From positions 1 through 38,334 of the forward strand of contig CAZKED010000008.1 of assembly GCA_964551725.1 (NCBI GenBank): a DNA stretch of 38,334 nucleotides, read 5' to 3'. Every line of letters starts with the position of its first letter. The stretch's first letter is position 1. A program made the translations under genes and the position numbers. Positions 34,822 to 38,334 of this stretch are shown here, piece after piece. The notes under the pieces are model-generated. The model was given only the letters and a program-made list of their open reading frames with translations. It was not told the origin of the DNA and made no database searches. The stretch comes from an uncultured archaeon. GTDB taxonomy: Archaea > Iainarchaeota > Iainarchaeia > Iainarchaeales > DTGL01.

Positions 34822-35983
34822 GGACTGCCTCCGAATAGACCGCGAGGCATTCCCCCGCCACCTTGCCCCAGTCCCTGTACTCCCTTATTTCCCTCGAGCC
34901 GGCAAGCCTCATTTCCCTGTTCAGTGCGGGGTAATTCAATAACCCGAGCATCTTGTTCGCCAATTCGCTGGAATCCCAGAAATCAACCTTAAAGCAGTTT
35001 TTTAAGACCTCGCTCACGCCGCTCTGCCTGCTCACTATTACGGGCGTTCCGCAAGCCATCGCCTCAAGCGCGGTCAAGCCGAAGGGCTCGGAAACAGAAG
35101 GCATTACAAAGAGGTCCGCAATGGAATAGTACCTTGAAACATCCTCCTGGAAGCCCGTGAAGGTTACATTCTTGTAAATTCCGAGGTCTATTGCCTTTTC
35201 AATGAGTTCGTGCATGAGGTCGCCGGAGCCGACAACGAGGAAGCGCACTTTGGAGTCAAAGTCAAGCACTTTTTTTGCCGCTTCAAGGAAAAAACAGCAG
35301 CCCTTCTGTATTGTCAGCCTGCCCAAAAAAAGCACTATTTTTTCGTCAAGCGGTTTGAGCGAATGAATTTTCTTGTATTCCCCCAAATCGATTGCGTTGT
35401 AAACAACCCTTATTTTTTGGGGGGGAATGCCGTACTTTTCAACAATCTGCCTTTTCATTAATCCGCTCACCGTAATGATCCTGTCTGCCTCGCGCAGCCC
35501 AGCCAGCTCGATTTCCTTAATGTGCTCGTGGGGAAACAGTTGTCCTGTGCGGTCGAACTCAGTGCTGTGTATTGTCACAACCAAAGGTCTATGCTTCAAT
35601 TTCTTGAGGGCAATTCCCGCAGGGAAAGTCATCCAGTCATGGCAGTGTATTACATCGCAGTCGATTCCCCTGCCTATTTTTGCAGCAATGCGGTTGAAGT
35701 ATTCCACTTTACCAAACAAACCAAGGCCGTAATTTTCCCCACGGGAAAAAGAGCGAAGTGACGCGGCATATGGGGCAAGATCCGAATTAATGCCTATTAT
35801 TTCCGTGCCCCCTGCCTTTATTATCCTCATAAAACCAGCATTGACTTCCTCGCGGCAGTAAGGCATTATAAAGGTCAGCTTCGCGCCCTTGCGGTTAAGT
35901 GCGCGCGTATAGGAATAAAGATATGTGCCGAGTCCCCCGGACTTTGCCGGGGGAAACTCCCAACCAAGCATTAGAATATTCAT
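34814..35983 (-). CDS. Glycosyltransferase family 4 (alpha-glucan synthesis associated)
   Basis: MLGWEFPPAKSGGLG, HCHDWMT, HSTEFDR, GRLTIQKG, MPSVSEPFGLTALEA. Confidence 0.9.
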   Translation of the reverse strand: MNILMLGWEFPPAKSGGLGTYLYSYTRALNRKGAKLTFIMPYCREEVNAGFMRIIKAGGTEIIGINSDLAPYAASLRSFSRGENYGLGLFGKVEYFNRIAAKIGRGIDCDVIHCHDWMTFPAGIALKKLKHRPLVVTIHSTEFDRTGQLFPHEHIKEIELAGLREADRIITVSGLMKRQIVEKYGIPPQKIRVVYNAIDLGEYKKIHSLKPLDEKIVLFLGRLTIQKGCCFFLEAAKKVLDFDSKVRFLVVGSGDLMHELIEKAIDLGIYKNVTFTGFQEDVSRYYSIADLFVMPSVSEPFGLTALEAMACGTPVIVSRQSGVSEVLKNCFKVDFWDSSELANKMLGLLNYPALNREMRLAGSREIREYRDWGKVAGECLAVYSEAVHA

Positions 35984-36100
35984 GTTAATTCATGCTAGCC
36001 AATAAGGGAAAACAGCGCGTTTCAAGGAGATTGGAACCAAAAGCGCTTAAAAAAGCATACGTGTTTCACTGGAAAATGAAAAAACCAGTAAAGTGCACTC

Positions 36101-37309
36101 TTACACGCTCTGGGCTTCCTTGAGAGCACGCAATCCGGGCAAGTGGTTTCCTGCCAAGAATTTGAGGAATGCCTTTCCCGCCAGACTCACATGGCCAAAT
36201 TCCTTCATTTTAAACCCCAGCCTGACAAGGGCTGTAACAGTATCCCCGCCGCCCACGAGAGTAAAAGCGTGGGTCTCGCACAAAAATGAAAGAATCTTCC
36301 TCGTTCCGAAGGAGAACTGGTATTTCTCCGTTGCGCCGAAAGAGCCGTTGTATATAACAACATCCGATTTGTCAATAAAGCGCTTGTAGTTCTGCACTGT
36401 TATTTCCCCCACGTCAAATATATCCTCATCCACCGGCAGTTCGGCGAGAGAAATCTCCTTCCTCTTGCCGTATCTCCTGACTGCCAAATCCGCGGGAAAG
36501 CATATTTTTTCGGGGTATTTTTCCATAAGCTCCCTTAACTTCGGCAGGCTTTCCATTAAACCCATTTTCTTTAGGTGTTTCTCCTTTTTACCGAGTTCTG
36601 AACCCTTTGCAATTATCGCCATTTCCCCCAAACCGCCTCCCAGCAAAACCCTTTCGGCTTTCTCGGATTCAAGCATTTTTTCCGCGACATCCAGGGAATC
36701 CTTTGGCTTAATGCCGCCCAAGACAAGGACAGTGGAATCCCTTACCTCTCTGAGTTTCTTCATTGCACCGAGTTCTTTTTTGAGCACTGGCCCAGCGTAA
36801 CTTGGAAGCAGCGGAGTGAAGCCGACAATGGTTGCATGCGACCTGTGCGCAACGCTCAGAGCATCAAGAACGAAAAAGTCCGCTGTTTCAGCCAGGGATT
36901 TAATTACGGGATTTTTTGAATGCTCTTCTGGGCTCTTTTCCTCGGCTTCAAAATCAAGAAAGCGGGTGTTCTCCAAGAGCAGGGCTTCCCCGTCCTTGAG
37001 TTTTTTTATCGCGGAAATATAGTCTTCATCCCATCTGAAGAGGGGAATTTCCTTCTCTATTATAGCGGAAAGCCTCCTGTGGTGGCTGCTCATGTCAATG
37101 AAATCATCCCTGCCCTTTCTTCCCTGGTGGCTCAGGATTACGACCTTTGCACCGAGTTCCATTAATTCCCTTATCGTTTCAGCGTGCTCGAGCATTTTTG
37201 GGCCTTTTACAACCTTGCCCTTTTTAACAGTACTATTAATGTCCACTCTGAGAAGGATTGTCTTCCCCTTCACTTCAACCTCGGAAATCGGTTTTAGGTT
37301 GTAGGGCAT
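36101..37309 (-). CDS. pgk: Phosphoglycerate kinase (archaeal type)
   Basis: LLRVDINS, SHQGR, LLENTRF, AHRSHA, LGGIK, GGGDT; ATG 37309 preferred over the upstream TTGs. Confidence 0.92.
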   Translation of the reverse strand: MPYNLKPISEVEVKGKTILLRVDINSTVKKGKVVKGPKMLEHAETIRELMELGAKVVILSHQGRKGRDDFIDMSSHHRRLSAIIEKEIPLFRWDEDYISAIKKLKDGEALLLENTRFLDFEAEEKSPEEHSKNPVIKSLAETADFFVLDALSVAHRSHATIVGFTPLLPSYAGPVLKKELGAMKKLREVRDSTVLVLGGIKPKDSLDVAEKMLESEKAERVLLGGGLGEMAIIAKGSELGKKEKHLKKMGLMESLPKLRELMEKYPEKICFPADLAVRRYGKRKEISLAELPVDEDIFDVGEITVQNYKRFIDKSDVVIYNGSFGATEKYQFSFGTRKILSFLCETHAFTLVGGGDTVTALVRLGFKMKEFGHVSLAGKAFLKFLAGNHLPGLRALKEAQSV

Positions 37310-37325
37310 TTTTTCACTCAACAAA

Positions 37326-38318
37326 CTATTTCTTTGAAATTAATTTTACCAAATCAACGAGCCTGCAGCTGTAGCCGTATTCGTTGTCATACCAGCCGAG
37401 CACTTTTACCAAATTGCCTGAACACATTGTTTTCTTTGAATCGAAAATGCAGGAATGCTCATTGCCAACAATGTCAGTGCTCACCAGCTCTTCCTCTGAA
37501 AATTCGAGTATTCCCTTGAGTTTCCCGGAGGCCGCCTTTCTGAATTCAGCGTTCACTTCTTGCACATCCGCGCCTTTTTCCAGTTCGGCAACAAGGTCGG
37601 TAATCGAGCCGTTGGGAACAGGAACGCGCAAAGCAATCCCGTCCAGCCTTCCCTCCAGCGCTGGAATGACCTTTGTCACTGCCTTTGCCGCTCCCGTGGT
37701 AGTGGGAACAATGTTCAGCGCGGCAGCCCTCGCTCTCCTCAAATCCTTGTGCGGCGCATCAACCAAGCGCTGGTCGGCAGTATAGGCATGCACTGTCGTA
37801 ATGAAGCCCCGGGCTATGCCGAAAGAATCATTCAGAACCTTTGCCATTGGCGCCAGGCAGTTCGTGGTGCAGGAGGCATTGCTCACAATTTTATCCTCCT
37901 CGGAAAGAATTGATTCATTGACGCCGAGAACAACCTGCTTTATTCCCTCGGATTTTGGCGGTGCGCTTAAAACAACGCGCTTTGCTCCCGCTTTGATGTG
38001 CTTTTCCGCGTCCTCTTTTTTCCTGAACACGCCCGTGCTTTCGAGCACAACGTCAACGCCCAAATCCTTCCAGGGCAGATTTTCGGGCTCTCTTTCCTGA
38101 AGCACCTTGATTTCTTTTCCTTTCACTATAATTTTGTTTCCCTCTGACCGCACTTCTTCCCGGAACTTTCCGTGCACTGAATCGAACTTGAACAAGTGCG
38201 CTAACGTGCCGGAATCAGCCAAATCGTTTATCGCCGCAACTTCCAATCCCTTATGCAGTGCGGCACGTAAAAAAAGCCTTCCGATCCTTCCAAAGCCGCT
38301 GATTGCAACGCTTACCAT
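37326..38318 (-). CDS. gap: Class I (bacterial-type) glyceraldehyde-3-phosphate dehydrogenase
   Basis: GFGRIGR, SNASCTTNCLAP, VPTTTGAAKAV, WYDNEYGYS. Confidence 0.96.
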   Translation of the reverse strand: MVSVAISGFGRIGRLFLRAALHKGLEVAAINDLADSGTLAHLFKFDSVHGKFREEVRSEGNKIIVKGKEIKVLQEREPENLPWKDLGVDVVLESTGVFRKKEDAEKHIKAGAKRVVLSAPPKSEGIKQVVLGVNESILSEEDKIVSNASCTTNCLAPMAKVLNDSFGIARGFITTVHAYTADQRLVDAPHKDLRRARAAALNIVPTTTGAAKAVTKVIPALEGRLDGIALRVPVPNGSITDLVAELEKGADVQEVNAEFRKAASGKLKGILEFSEEELVSTDIVGNEHSCIFDSKKTMCSGNLVKVLGWYDNEYGYSCRLVDLVKLISKK

Positions 38319-38334
38319 GCCAACCTTCCTGTCA

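Overview
A 38 kb archaeal chromosomal window, most likely from a DPANN lineage. Diapherotrites/Iainarchaeota is my best guess, inferred from gene content and not from a marker-gene tree. Positions 1-11122 hold a minus-strand operon of four large, mostly acidic surface proteins. One of them (a PKD-domain protein running off the left edge) is missing from the supplied ORF track. Three are paralogues with a shared Ig-like module and a large uncharacterised C-terminal domain but different N-terminal heads, and two share 118-bp and 65-bp tracts of 100% nucleotide identity. The middle is housekeeping: Hel308 helicase, NAC, long FKBP, proteasome beta subunit, aCPSF1/FttA, AK6-type kinase, AMMECR1 protein, PRC-barrel protein, a truncated Rqc2/RqcH and geranylgeranyl reductase, plus several orphan membrane proteins. 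The intergenic gap at 19667-20199 has phased TATACATAA repeats, a perfect palindrome, a promoter and a ~200-nt extensively self-complementary element containing a 48-codon ORF. The right end is a glycogen/glycolysis cluster: debranching enzyme, GT3 glycogen synthase, GH57, GT4, PGK and class I GAPDH. I saw no tRNA, rRNA, CRISPR array, transposase or reverse transcriptase. All calls come from reading motifs by eye; no database searches were run.
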